A stretch of DNA of 64,000 bases, taken from positions 14,945 through 78,944 of the forward strand of contig JASFZA010000007.1 in assembly GCA_045046715.1 (NCBI GenBank), written 5' to 3'. This document shows, in pieces, positions 13,139-22,935 of this stretch; within the stretch, counting starts at the first letter, position 1; every line of letters starts with the position of its first letter. The stretch is from Candidatus Izemoplasma sp. Lineage in GTDB: Bacteria > Bacillota_I > Bacilli_A > Izemoplasmatales > Izemoplasmataceae. The notes under the pieces are model-generated. The model did no database searches, was not told where the DNA came from, and saw nothing but the letters and a program-made list of their open reading frames with translations. The position numbers and the translations under genes were made by a program.

Positions 13139-13720
13139 TTACTTTGAAATATAATATCTCGCCTTAACGTCAAAGACCGCTTGAGGGAGCTCTTTAGGCT
13201 TATTATCTAGTATCCATTGAGTATCTGGTACATCTTTATTAGCTCTTTGCAGAACTCCTACCATATACACATAATAACGAATATCGGTTCCTATCTGACT
13301 CATTTGAAGTTTGACATCTTCTTCGATAGCTTTAATTACATCTGAAACTAAAGAACCGCTAACGTATCGCTGTTCTAAATCTTCTCTAGATATTTTTAAA
13401 TCTATAGCTCTAGACCTTAGTCTAGGATCAGGTTTATCTATTCTTACAAATAAATCATTATTTTTAACTTCTTTAAAGAAAGTTTTATACAGATCTTTAG
13501 TTTCGATTGGATGTTCATATAATTGTCTGAATTCTGCTGTTTTTGCATACTCAAACCCATTGTTAGCTATCGCTAAGTCGGATTTTGATAAAGTTTTTAG
13601 CCATGTGTCTCTTTTATCTGGAGTTTCTATAGATTCATAATTGACAATTAATCCTCCAGTGAAATGAAGATAAGGACAAAAATCATTGCTTCCCATAAAA
13701 TGAGTAATTATTACTTTCAC
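13139..13720 (-). CDS. hypothetical protein (193 aa)
   Basis: Long ORF, 4-nt overlap with upstream ORF. Confidence 0.65.
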   Translation of the reverse strand: MKVIITHFMGSNDFCPYLHFTGGLIVNYESIETPDKRDTWLKTLSKSDLAIANNGFEYAKTAEFRQLYEHPIETKDLYKTFFKEVKNNDLFVRIDKPDPRLRSRAIDLKISREDLEQRYVSGSLVSDVIKAIEEDVKLQMSQIGTDIRYYVYMVGVLQRANKDVPDTQWILDNKPKELPQAVFDVKARYYISK

Positions 13721-14187
13721 ATTAACATCCTATTTTGAATTTTCCATATTTTGAATAGATCTTTATTTTCTTCTATCCAAACATCTGAAATAAAGTGTTC
13801 ATTAATATAATATCCTTGACTTAAAGGACAATACGTATTTGATCCAATACAAAAGTGCTTGTATCGTAAGAATTCAATTATTCTATCTATACATTTATAA
13901 GAATATTGTTCAACTCTGTCTGTATCAGACCATCTATAATTAGTAGTTAATGTTAGGTCGTTACCGGAAATTTTAAGATCGGTTAATTGTGTTTCTTTAA
14001 AAATATGGCCGAGATAGTTTCTAACATCAACTACGTTTTCTGTTAAGATAATATTATTAGAAACTTTAAGTAAATTTAATTTAAATTCTATTTTAGAAGG
14101 AGGTTCATAAGAACTCCCTTCTAAAATATAAGCAATAAACATAATTCCTAAATAATTACCTTCATATATAGTTTGTGTTAATTTCAC
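13717..14187 (-). CDS. hypothetical protein (156 aa)
   Basis: Long ORF in operon context. Confidence 0.65.
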   Translation of the reverse strand: MKLTQTIYEGNYLGIMFIAYILEGSSYEPPSKIEFKLNLLKVSNNIILTENVVDVRNYLGHIFKETQLTDLKISGNDLTLTTNYRWSDTDRVEQYSYKCIDRIIEFLRYKHFCIGSNTYCPLSQGYYINEHFISDVWIEENKDLFKIWKIQNRMLM

Positions 14188-14191
14188 AAGT

Positions 14192-15547
14192 CTATAATCC
14201 TCTTAGCTTTTCTTCTTTGATTGCGCTGAGGTCATCTGCTTCATCTGTATCGTGTCTGAATCCTAAAAAGATTGGACAATATAGATGAAAGTCTCCTTTA
14301 GTCTCTAGTAAGCCTGCATGCTTCAGGGATACAACCTTCCCAATTGAACCTTTGTTAAAATAGTCAGTACGTTGTTTATCAGTGAATCCACTTCCAACAT
14401 TTACCGTAACCAAGCCATCTTCTGATTCGCATTGAAAGGAACCGAGCTTTCCCGATAACCGTCCAGTGCCTTCGCATACACCTGAAACATACATATCGCA
14501 TTCGTATTCAGCTTTAATTTTGATCCATGCTTTAGTTCTTTTATTTTTCCAAAGAGATTTAGGATCTTTAACTACGATACCTTCTTCGCCTTTACCAATA
14601 TGGTATTGGAAATATTGTAAAACTTCGTCAAAATTGTTGCACATAGTATGCTCTACAACTTCAACTCTAGAATCTTTAATTTTATCTACTCTGCTTTCAA
14701 GACCTTTGAATCTTTTAATATTCTGAACAGATCCTTCTCCAGCTTGAAATTGGTCTTCTGTTAGAATGTCCCAAACTACTGCTTTGATTCGTTCTAGTTG
14801 ATCGATAGAAGCAGTACCTTTCATAACTTTATTAATGATGCCATTAGATTTTTGTCTAGGAAGTAATTTACCATCTTTATCTAAGACGTGAATTTCTCCA
14901 TCTACTACAATTGCAGGTTCATTACTATATTTAAGTTTAGAAATCACATTAGCAAAATCTTCAGGTAGTGGAATTGGTTTGCCAGATCTACCTGCCTTGG
15001 CGATGACGCTGCCTGTTGAAGTAATATGGAAACTAACTCTCATAGCATCTTGTTTAACTTCTGCCATTAATGGATATTCTTTTTCATCCATGGTCTTTTT
15101 AGAGAATCTTTCACATAAAGAAACTTTATAAGTATCTATAAATTTAGGAAAAGCTTTATTAATAGAAGAGATGCTAAAACCTGCTTTTAAATCTCCTTCT
15201 AAAACTCTTCTTAATACTTCAACATCATCTTCATTCATTCCACTAGTTGTTAACATTAATTTTTGAAGAGCTCTATTGCCGGTAAGGTCTCGATTATAAA
15301 GTAAAGGAAGAAATAGTCTATAAATTCTAGATAGTTTCTTGCCATCAGGCCAATTCTTAAATGGTGGCCCAGTTTCAAACTTTTTGATACCGTAATTTAA
15401 GTGTGGAGTGTATGCAAAATGCAATGTTTGTTTAAAGTCTTCATTGACTGATCCAGCTTCTTTAATAAGGTTTATCTTATCAATTCGGCCTGGTGTATCA
15501 GTAATCATATTTAAGATTTCTAATACTGAATAATGTCTATAGTTCAT
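14192..15547 (-). CDS. gp30: ATP-dependent DNA ligase (T4 gp30-like)
   Basis: Motif I AEVKQDAMR (KxDxxR), motif IV EGIVVKDP, motif V KAWIKIK; size 451 aa. Confidence 0.85.
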   Translation of the reverse strand: MNYRHYSVLEILNMITDTPGRIDKINLIKEAGSVNEDFKQTLHFAYTPHLNYGIKKFETGPPFKNWPDGKKLSRIYRLFLPLLYNRDLTGNRALQKLMLTTSGMNEDDVEVLRRVLEGDLKAGFSISSINKAFPKFIDTYKVSLCERFSKKTMDEKEYPLMAEVKQDAMRVSFHITSTGSVIAKAGRSGKPIPLPEDFANVISKLKYSNEPAIVVDGEIHVLDKDGKLLPRQKSNGIINKVMKGTASIDQLERIKAVVWDILTEDQFQAGEGSVQNIKRFKGLESRVDKIKDSRVEVVEHTMCNNFDEVLQYFQYHIGKGEEGIVVKDPKSLWKNKRTKAWIKIKAEYECDMYVSGVCEGTGRLSGKLGSFQCESEDGLVTVNVGSGFTDKQRTDYFNKGSIGKVVSLKHAGLLETKGDFHLYCPIFLGFRHDTDEADDLSAIKEEKLRGL

Positions 15548-15548
15548 T

Positions 15549-16406
15549 TTATGTAAAGTCCTCGCAGAATGCGCTTAAGTTAGATCTCATAAAAAGCTTT
15601 AATTTTTTTAATGAGAAAAATTTGTAAATTTTATGGTTGTTTTGTAAATACGGTTCTTCAATAGCTTCTTGAATTGCTGTTATTACATGTTCAGGTTGAG
15701 CGGTTAAATCTAACAGAATACGATTCATGTTATATCTATCCAGGGTTTCTTTATCTGGACAGAACTTTTCTGGTTCAGATGTTAGGCATTGTGCCAAAAA
15801 TTTAGCAGAAATAACCTTTTGCCTTTTATCTGGAGAATTAACAAAATGATCTTCAGCAGATAAGATATTTGGAATATCATCTTTCTTTTGACCTCTAATT
15901 ATTTGTTCTTCAAGCCAGACTAAAGGATCTTCACACGTCATTAATTTCTTATGATGTAATGAATACCAATCCACGTGCGGGAATTGTAATAATTGTATAA
16001 AATCTTTATCAGATGAACATACTAAAGTTTTTTCTGTTGAATTAGCAGCCATGTATCCAATAATATCATCGGCTTCACAGATATTTACTTTAAGAAATTG
16101 ATATGGAAGATATTGTCTAAACTCTTCTATAATTTCACTTGACATAGCAAAGATTGCTCCCCAATCTAACGGGGATTCGGCTCTACCAATTTTTCTACGA
16201 TACTTATAATGTTCAAAAGTTTTTTTACGCCAATTTTTTTGACCATCTAAGGCTACTACAAATCTACCGTAATCAGAACTAAACTTCATTTTCAGAGATT
16301 TAAATTGAGAAAGGATCAAAGCTCTAAGATTTTCAATTTTATCAGTCTCGACTCCTTGAGTAAAAACTGCCTTAATTAAAACGTTTGAATAATCTACTAT
16401 TATCAT
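15549..16406 (-). CDS. rnh: RNase H / 5'-3' flap exonuclease (T4 rnh-like)
   Basis: Alignable by eye to T4 RNase H: ...YLPYQFLKVNICEADDIIGYM...VCSSDKDFIQLLQFPHV. Confidence 0.85.
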   Translation of the reverse strand: MIIVDYSNVLIKAVFTQGVETDKIENLRALILSQFKSLKMKFSSDYGRFVVALDGQKNWRKKTFEHYKYRRKIGRAESPLDWGAIFAMSSEIIEEFRQYLPYQFLKVNICEADDIIGYMAANSTEKTLVCSSDKDFIQLLQFPHVDWYSLHHKKLMTCEDPLVWLEEQIIRGQKKDDIPNILSAEDHFVNSPDKRQKVISAKFLAQCLTSEPEKFCPDKETLDRYNMNRILLDLTAQPEHVITAIQEAIEEPYLQNNHKIYKFFSLKKLKLFMRSNLSAFCEDFT

Positions 16407-17719
16407 TTATCACCTATTGATTTTAAATCTTTTTCATAAGCCTCTATTATATCAATAGTTGACCATCTTTGTACATCTTTATTAATGATTCTTCCGTCTT
16501 TTTTAATAGCTTCTAATTCATCCTTGTTAAATCTATAAACTTTAAGATTTAAAAGTTCTGTGCTATACTTAGGATCGACAGAATCTGCTACTTCTTTGAT
16601 CTCAGCTCGGCTCTTTTTCTCAATAGTTGCAACTCCATCTACAAACTTTTTAATAAACTTATATTTGTTGAGTAACCATTCTTTTTCTTTAGTGGCTTCG
16701 CCAATTTTATGTTCGTATCTTTTTTGGTAAAAGGCCTTTCTAACTTCTATAAAATATTTAATTAGGTCTGAAGCTGATTCAAACTTTTTTAATTGGCCAT
16801 TTTCTAAAATTACTGTTAAGCTTTCTGTTATAGGCCTTTCAAGTTTTAAAAGTTTAGATAGTTTAGCATCACTTAAATTTTTAGATTTAATAGGAAGTTT
16901 GATTGTAAATAAGAAACCCTTTTTGCCGCATTGTTCAGTATAACTTGAAATCTTTTTAGCGTCTTTAAGTTTTTCTAATCCTTCCAGGTATTTTTCTCTT
17001 TCTACTCCATATGGAATTTCAGTTATTTGAACTGTAGTAGGTGTTGGTTTATTAAAGCAGCCTTTGATTAAATATTTAGAATCTAAGCCAACTACTCTTT
17101 CAACGGTTCCTTTAAAATCTGGGTATTTAGGAGTAAGCCATTTATCTAAAGGTTCTCTATCGTTTAATACTGATATACAAGCTTTTTTAAGCCCAATAGG
17201 ATCTCTTGGCAAAATATTAGTGGCAAAACCTACTGCAATACCTTGAATCCCGTTAACCAAAACCCATGGAATGATTGGGAGATAAAATAATGGCTCAGGA
17301 TCTTCTGGGTCAGGTTGTGGTAATAAAATTTCTCGGTCTAAAAACCACTTATCAAAATTTTCGTGTACTTTAACAAATGTGTATCTCGGGGCCCCGGCTT
17401 CATTAACGATTCGAGATCCAAAATTACCTTCGCCTTGTAATAGTTGAGCGTTATTATTCCAATCGCCTGCCATTAAAGTAGAAGCAGCATCTAATGAAGC
17501 GTCGCCATGATGAAAATTAGCAGTTGCTATCGTTTGTCCACCTAACGCTTTGGTTTTTACTTTTTTATTCTTAGCTACTTTTAAGGCGGTGAATAAAATT
17601 TTACGCTGACTAGGTTTAAGACCATCCATGATAGAAGGGATTGCTCTTGAATAAACTACATATTTAGCGTATTCTTTACACTCATTGTTCAGATAATTTT
17701 CAATCGATTTAATTTGCAT
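16403..17719 (-). CDS. gp52: DNA topoisomerase II medium subunit (T4 gp52-like, GyrA-type N-terminal domain)
   Basis: YSRAIPSIMDGLKPSQRKILF signature; 438 aa. Confidence 0.85.
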   Translation of the reverse strand: MQIKSIENYLNNECKEYAKYVVYSRAIPSIMDGLKPSQRKILFTALKVAKNKKVKTKALGGQTIATANFHHGDASLDAASTLMAGDWNNNAQLLQGEGNFGSRIVNEAGAPRYTFVKVHENFDKWFLDREILLPQPDPEDPEPLFYLPIIPWVLVNGIQGIAVGFATNILPRDPIGLKKACISVLNDREPLDKWLTPKYPDFKGTVERVVGLDSKYLIKGCFNKPTPTTVQITEIPYGVEREKYLEGLEKLKDAKKISSYTEQCGKKGFLFTIKLPIKSKNLSDAKLSKLLKLERPITESLTVILENGQLKKFESASDLIKYFIEVRKAFYQKRYEHKIGEATKEKEWLLNKYKFIKKFVDGVATIEKKSRAEIKEVADSVDPKYSTELLNLKVYRFNKDELEAIKKDGRIINKDVQRWSTIDIIEAYEKDLKSIGDK

Positions 17720-18002
17720 TCATTTTCTCAGCTATTTCTAGAAATTCAGGTGTTTGAACAAAAAATCGACTTAGCCATAAATTATTATCAATATACCGGA
17801 AGACTTTGAGTTTTATCAAATGATTGATTCTCATTTTATCTTCAAGTTTGCATCCTTTAGGATTATACGCAATTGTGTACCAATTCATATTTTGAAGAGA
17901 AGTTAAATTCTCAATTTGATGATCTCTTTTGATCATTAAAAGATATTGATAAATTGGTTGCTTCTCTTCTTCGCTTAACTTAGGGTAAACTATATCAGTC
18001 AT
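17709..18002 (-). CDS. hypothetical protein (97 aa)
   Basis: ORF wedged between the two topoisomerase subunit genes with overlaps on both sides. Confidence 0.5.
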   Translation of the reverse strand: MTDIVYPKLSEEEKQPIYQYLLMIKRDHQIENLTSLQNMNWYTIAYNPKGCKLEDKMRINHLIKLKVFRYIDNNLWLSRFFVQTPEFLEIAEKMNAN

Positions 18003-19854
18003 TATTCATTATCCATTCTTTACGTTTTTTAGGATCGTTGCCATAAACAACACTTAATTGAACATCATCTTCAGCCGTTACTTCACTCATCTGTGCAATA
18101 ACTGGATGATGTATCATATCTTCATAAGCGTCTTCGGTTAAAGAGCCAAGACCTTTTAAATATGTAATCTCGCCTTTGACTTTACCTGCGCTTACGGCCT
18201 TATTATAATCTTCTAAAGTATAATAGTAAACCACTTCTTTCTTAAATTCCGCTTTTAATATTGGAGATGAAACAACATGAACTCTTTTTTCTGAAAATAA
18301 CCTTGGCCATTTTCTTAAGAAGTTTAATAAGAGTCCAACAATTGAATATCCATCTAAATCGGCATCAGCTAGTATATTAATCTGGCCATAATTTAATTTA
18401 CCATATTCAGGGTTACCATATTCTAGCCCGATAATATTCATTAAATCTGTCAATTCTTTATTGCCTAAAATCTTAGCCATCGATTGTCCGGTAACATTCA
18501 TAGGTTTTCCTCTTAAAGGATATCCTCCATGAATTGCCGTATCTCTCACTTTAGATAAAGATCCTATAGCTGACCCACCTTCTGAAATAAACAATTGTCG
18601 CTTTTCAGGATTCTTGTGATTTGCAGGAATATGCGATAATACTTTTTTCTTCTTAGCATCTCTAAGAGCTTGGTTATTTGCCACTCTTTCTGCTACTTCT
18701 TGTTTAAGCTTATAAGTTTCAATAATAGGATCTATTAAAGCCTGATTTCTAAGTAATCTATGAAAAAATGCATCATTTTCAATATCTAAAATGCCTTTAT
18801 ATTCTCTCACTGGATTAGTAATAAATTCTTTTGTTTGAGATCTAAATTTTGCACCTTTAATTTTATTGGTAATTAAAACCACTGTTAAATGATTTTTTAC
18901 ATCTGAAGGTTTGATCTTCCATCTTTTATATTTTTTAAGTAATAAGTCTCTTAGCTTATACGTGATTTGATTTGTAATGTATTCAACATGAGTACCACCT
19001 TCATAGGTATCGATACCATTAACGAAAGAAATTTGGTCTGGTTCGTCAGACGAAACCACCGCTAATCTAAAATTATCCGTTTGTAAAATTTCAGCCGGTC
19101 GATCTAGCAATTCGATGTAATGTTTAAAAAGTTTAGTTTTTATTAACTTCTTCTTCCATTTAAACTTGATATCAGGGTAAACGACGGCTAAGTCTAAGAC
19201 TCTTTTATGCAATAACTTTAAGTGAGCCTCATCTAAGCCTTTTAAGCCAAACCTGGCGTAATCAGGAGTGTATTTGATTTTAGTGTATGGTTTAGAATTT
19301 GTTGGTGCACTTGTATAAGTTGTCTTATACATATTATTTGCGGAGCTTATTACGCTTAAATTAATTCCGTCATGAGTTGAAGCTGTAAACTTCTTACTAA
19401 AAATGTTAACTAAAGAAGCTCCTAGCCCATGTGTGCCAATTGACACTACATCATCATCTTCAAAATTACCACCTGCCCTAAGGCTAGTAAAGGCCATTTC
19501 AGCTTGAGATTTACCAGTTTCTTTATCTATTTCTGAACTAATTCCTCTACCGTTATCTTTAATGATAATAGTATCTCCATCAATATCAACATCTATTAAA
19601 TTAGCGAATTTGAAATCTGTTCTTAAAGCTTCATCAATACTATTTGATATAATTTCATCAAACATCTTTAATTGCGCTGGACAAATTTTAACAGATTTCT
19701 TTAACAGGAGGTCTTCTTCTAATACCCATTTAATTTGTTTGGAAACTGAAGTATCTCCAAGATACATCCCAGGCCTTTTTAAAATGTGATCAATTTCAGA
19801 CAATTGTTTTACAACATTCTTTCTCATATTTTTTCCTCTTTGGAATGAATCCAA
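17995..19854 (-). CDS. gp39: DNA topoisomerase II large subunit (T4 gp39 plus gp60 fused type, GyrB-like)
   Basis: ILKRPGMYLG, GHKL ATPase motifs (DNGRGI, GLGASL), TOPRIM EGGSA...DADLDG; likely true start is the ATG at 19827 (ATGA overlap with the dCMP deaminase stop). Confidence 0.9.
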   Translation of the reverse strand: MDSFQRGKNMRKNVVKQLSEIDHILKRPGMYLGDTSVSKQIKWVLEEDLLLKKSVKICPAQLKMFDEIISNSIDEALRTDFKFANLIDVDIDGDTIIIKDNGRGISSEIDKETGKSQAEMAFTSLRAGGNFEDDDVVSIGTHGLGASLVNIFSKKFTASTHDGINLSVISSANNMYKTTYTSAPTNSKPYTKIKYTPDYARFGLKGLDEAHLKLLHKRVLDLAVVYPDIKFKWKKKLIKTKLFKHYIELLDRPAEILQTDNFRLAVVSSDEPDQISFVNGIDTYEGGTHVEYITNQITYKLRDLLLKKYKRWKIKPSDVKNHLTVVLITNKIKGAKFRSQTKEFITNPVREYKGILDIENDAFFHRLLRNQALIDPIIETYKLKQEVAERVANNQALRDAKKKKVLSHIPANHKNPEKRQLFISEGGSAIGSLSKVRDTAIHGGYPLRGKPMNVTGQSMAKILGNKELTDLMNIIGLEYGNPEYGKLNYGQINILADADLDGYSIVGLLLNFLRKWPRLFSEKRVHVVSSPILKAEFKKEVVYYYTLEDYNKAVSAGKVKGEITYLKGLGSLTEDAYEDMIHHPVIAQMSEVTAEDDVQLSVVYGNDPKKRKEWIMNND

Positions 19855-20282
19855 TTTTCTTTACCCTTGGCTTTAATCCAAAGATCTTTAGCATCTTTAG
19901 CAGAATGATATTCATCAACAAATACGATTCTACAACACGTAGTATTTAATAAGAGTTTAACACAAGTTAAACATGGCGACCAAGTCACATAGCAGGTGTG
20001 AATTTCATAAACATTAGAACATTGTAATAAAGCATTTTGTTCAGCATGGATAGCTTCACATTTAGTAAAAGATTTATTACTAGATTCTAGAGCTTCAGGG
20101 TGACAAGGCGAATTCGAAGTGCAATTAGGGGTTCCTGCAGCAGGTCCATTATACCCCGTTGAAGCTATATGCCCTAAGTGATCTACCAAAACGCACCCAA
20201 CTTGGTTTCGACAACAGGAGGCTCTCATCTTTACTTCTTTAACTATATTTATGAAGTATTGATCTTTAGAAATTCTACTCAT
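19824..20282 (-). CDS. cd: dCMP deaminase
   Basis: HAEQNA ... SPCLTCVKLL zinc-binding CDA motifs. Confidence 0.85.
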   Translation of the reverse strand: MSRISKDQYFINIVKEVKMRASCCRNQVGCVLVDHLGHIASTGYNGPAAGTPNCTSNSPCHPEALESSNKSFTKCEAIHAEQNALLQCSNVYEIHTCYVTWSPCLTCVKLLLNTTCCRIVFVDEYHSAKDAKDLWIKAKGKENWIHSKEEKI

Positions 20283-20449
20283 TTGTTAAGAACTCTTTCT
20301 TTGTTTACAAGTCGAACATATTCAGATTCTGTACATATCTTGCCATTAATAGAAAAGGTTTCACACCTAGAGCCATATTCATCTTCAGCTATAAATCGAT
20401 AAAATTTTATATTATTCAGAGTAAATGTGTCTTTTTCATGTCTATACAT
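20279..20449 (-). CDS. 56-aa ORF, translationally coupled on both sides
   Basis: Hand-translated (MYRHEKDTFTLNNIKFYRFIAEDEYGSRCETFSINGKICTESEYVRLVNKERVLNK); ATG overlaps the kinase stop, and its TGA overlaps the cd ATG (ATGA). Confidence 0.4.
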   Translation of the reverse strand: MYRHEKDTFTLNNIKFYRFIAEDEYGSRCETFSINGKICTESEYVRLVNKERVLNK

Positions 20450-21002
20450 CGATAAAATTCTCTACTTCTAAATGAGCCAAATCAAATTGCATTTGACTCA
20501 CGCTAGTAACGCATGGCATATCGGTAAAATCGTCATATCCCCAGATAATAGTGTTAAAAATCTTAGGAGGTGTTAAATAATTAGAAAATAATTCATATCG
20601 ATCTATAATTCGGTTAAATTGATCTCGACTTAAGGATATTTTATCATCTTCAAAATCTTCAACAACGTGATTTCTTAATAAAATGATTTCTAATAAATTT
20701 ATTTCAGATTTTTCTAATAGCCATTCTCTAAATATCATAGATTCAGATTGATTTTCATCATATACTAAATTGCTTAAATAGCATCTATCAAAAATATAAG
20801 TGTAATTAGGATCTAACAAAACTAAAAAAGCTTTCATTATTTCGAAATGCTTGGCAGTGTTGATTTTCATCAAAGAACCATCTGGAGCAGATTTAGGCAT
20901 TGTAAATAATTTAGCTTTGTGTTTTTGTAATAAGCTTCTGATGAAGGTAGTTTTACCAGCACCATCAGGGCCATCTACCATAATTAACTTAATTTTAGTC
21001 AT
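20442..21002 (-). CDS. thymidylate-kinase-like P-loop nucleotide kinase
   Basis: VDGPDGAGKTTF P-loop and DRCYLSNLVY (Tmk DRY..S motif). Confidence 0.65.
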   Translation of the reverse strand: MTKIKLIMVDGPDGAGKTTFIRSLLQKHKAKLFTMPKSAPDGSLMKINTAKHFEIMKAFLVLLDPNYTYIFDRCYLSNLVYDENQSESMIFREWLLEKSEINLLEIILLRNHVVEDFEDDKISLSRDQFNRIIDRYELFSNYLTPPKIFNTIIWGYDDFTDMPCVTSVSQMQFDLAHLEVENFIDV

Positions 21003-21900
21003 TTAATACCTCTTTGAGTTTAGGGATTTCATACGGGCAGATAATATCACAATTAAAATAAATAAAATCTGCTAATCCAGGATGAAACACTTCTTGTGGA
21101 TTCTCATTATACACTATTTTAGGCTGATTAAACAATATTCCGTAATATTCTCGCTTATTTGGCTTAATTAATTTGATATTAGAAGGAGGATTTCGAAATT
21201 TACTAAAACTTTCATTAGGATCAGTGATAAAAATATTACAATCTGTATAAGTATCTATTACTTCTTCAAACTTATAAGCTCGATCTGTTAATCTAAAAGG
21301 AAAGAAAATATCGTTTTTACCTATTTTAAAATCTAAATTAAAATCTAAACCAACTAAATCAAAATATTTTTTAGAAATCACTTTTTGATTTACTTCTATT
21401 TTAGATGAAGAAACCTCTGGAGAGTGTTGTAATATATAGTCTTTTTGACATCGGTTTAATACAGTAGTTTTATCTGCGTGTAAAATTGACAAAACATCTG
21501 TTGCATAAAAGTCATCGATATAAGGGCGATCTAAATGTTCTAACTTTGTAATATTAAAATTATTACTATATGTTCTATCTCCTGCGTAGCCAGTAATGTC
21601 TGTTATTAAAGGAATATCAGATCCTACAATATTATCTATCAATCTAGTGTTTTGAGACCAAAACCCTACCCTAGTATCAACTGTATTAAGTCCGTATCTA
21701 GCTTTAATGATTCGACATTCATCTATTAATTTAAGATCCAAAAACTCTTGTAAATCCGCAACACGATCTGGGATAACTAAATAATCATTATCAAGATCCA
21801 TTCGGCAAAGATGCAATTTGAGGTTACCATCTTTTAAAATAGAGTAGAGACCGCTGGTGTGCGATCTCATACTATACATAGGAACTATAATTTTACTCAT
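20995..21900 (-). CDS. orphan protein (301 aa) in the hydroxymethylase/sugar operon; candidate DNA glycosyltransferase (hypothesis only)
   Basis: Track ORF 20995..21936 trimmed to ATG 21900 (MSKIIVPMY..., 8-nt overlap with the hydroxymethylase stop); no motif recognised. Confidence 0.6.
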   Translation of the reverse strand: MSKIIVPMYSMRSHTSGLYSILKDGNLKLHLCRMDLDNDYLVIPDRVADLQEFLDLKLIDECRIIKARYGLNTVDTRVGFWSQNTRLIDNIVGSDIPLITDITGYAGDRTYSNNFNITKLEHLDRPYIDDFYATDVLSILHADKTTVLNRCQKDYILQHSPEVSSSKIEVNQKVISKKYFDLVGLDFNLDFKIGKNDIFFPFRLTDRAYKFEEVIDTYTDCNIFITDPNESFSKFRNPPSNIKLIKPNKREYYGILFNQPKIVYNENPQEVFHPGLADFIYFNCDIICPYEIPKLKEVLND

Positions 21901-22603
21901 TGATAATTGCATCGATATATTCAAAATCTCGATCAAAAATATGACCAGAAACCATTGTTGAACTAAAAGATCCTAAACCAACTCCTAGAACTGAAGCTAA
22001 ATAGCATAGAGCTTTTCCTTGTAAATACATATCCAATTGTAAGACAATTGCAGTATTCTGAGATCTCATATCGACCTGAGCATTTAATTTTCCATCTCTA
22101 ATAAAATAAGTCATAGAAATAGTACAAGGAAATTCTAAAGTTTCGTCTTTATCTAATAAAACATGATCTGATTCGTTAAGAATTAGGATGGTAGCTCTTC
22201 TTGATTCAGGATTATCTGATAGCTCTTTAATAATAGATTTTAATTGTCTTTTAATCCGAGGGCCATATAAAGAATTAAAATTATCCGGAATATCTTTCGA
22301 TTTAGGTTTATCTATAAAAGGGATAACAGCAGAATAATTTTTGAAAGCTTCTAAGGCGTTTTCTTTACCAGACATCATAAAATCGTAGAATGTTTCTGCG
22401 TAGTGATAAGGAATACGATTGATATTAGTATTCTGAAATTCGAACGTTGTAGGATCTTCTACAGTAAAAGATACCGTATGACATTCTTGGCATTGCCCTA
22501 TTCTAGATTCTAGGTTAAAATCTGGATTGGTTCGAATTAATTTATTAACTTTAATGAAAGCTTCTTCAAAAGTTTTAGTTTCTATATGTTTACATTTACT
22601 CAT
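21893..22603 (-). CDS. gp42: deoxycytidylate hydroxymethylase-like (T4 gp42 homologue, ThyA fold)
   Basis: NPESRRATILI / EFPCTISMTYFIRDGKLNAQVDMRSQN / LQLDMYLQ align with T4 gp42 NPDSRRGIMIY / DFMCTNTVQYLIRDKKINAVVNMRSND / FRNDYAWQ, including the catalytic Cys and Asp at the T4 Asp179 position. Confidence 0.75.
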   Translation of the reverse strand: MSKCKHIETKTFEEAFIKVNKLIRTNPDFNLESRIGQCQECHTVSFTVEDPTTFEFQNTNINRIPYHYAETFYDFMMSGKENALEAFKNYSAVIPFIDKPKSKDIPDNFNSLYGPRIKRQLKSIIKELSDNPESRRATILILNESDHVLLDKDETLEFPCTISMTYFIRDGKLNAQVDMRSQNTAIVLQLDMYLQGKALCYLASVLGVGLGSFSSTMVSGHIFDRDFEYIDAIINE

Positions 22604-22935
22604 ATTTTTAAAAATTCCTCTATATTTAGATTTTTGTCATCGATGTAAAAGTCTCCGAGAGGCTTACAAAGATATAATTTGTGGTATTTAACTTTATGTT
22701 TTATCAACCACTTTTCAATTATAGGTCTATTATTGTTTTCAATTTGATTTCTTTTTTCACTGTAAAAAGACATACCTCTAGCGGTATTAAAAACAATTAT
22801 ATGGCCTTCGTCATAAAGCTTATTAATTTTATCTATCATTGGTTGAATAGGTTCGAAATTATCATAATCACGGTCTTCATTCCACACTGATATGGTATTA
22901 TCAATATCTATTACGTATTTCATTGTTTGTCCCAC
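22600..22935 (-). CDS. HAD-superfamily phosphatase (small, cap-less)
   Basis: Motif I DIDNT, motif II FNTAR, motif III K (CKP), motif IV YIDDK. Confidence 0.7.
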   Translation of the reverse strand: MGQTMKYVIDIDNTISVWNEDRDYDNFEPIQPMIDKINKLYDEGHIIVFNTARGMSFYSEKRNQIENNNRPIIEKWLIKHKVKYHKLYLCKPLGDFYIDDKNLNIEEFLKI

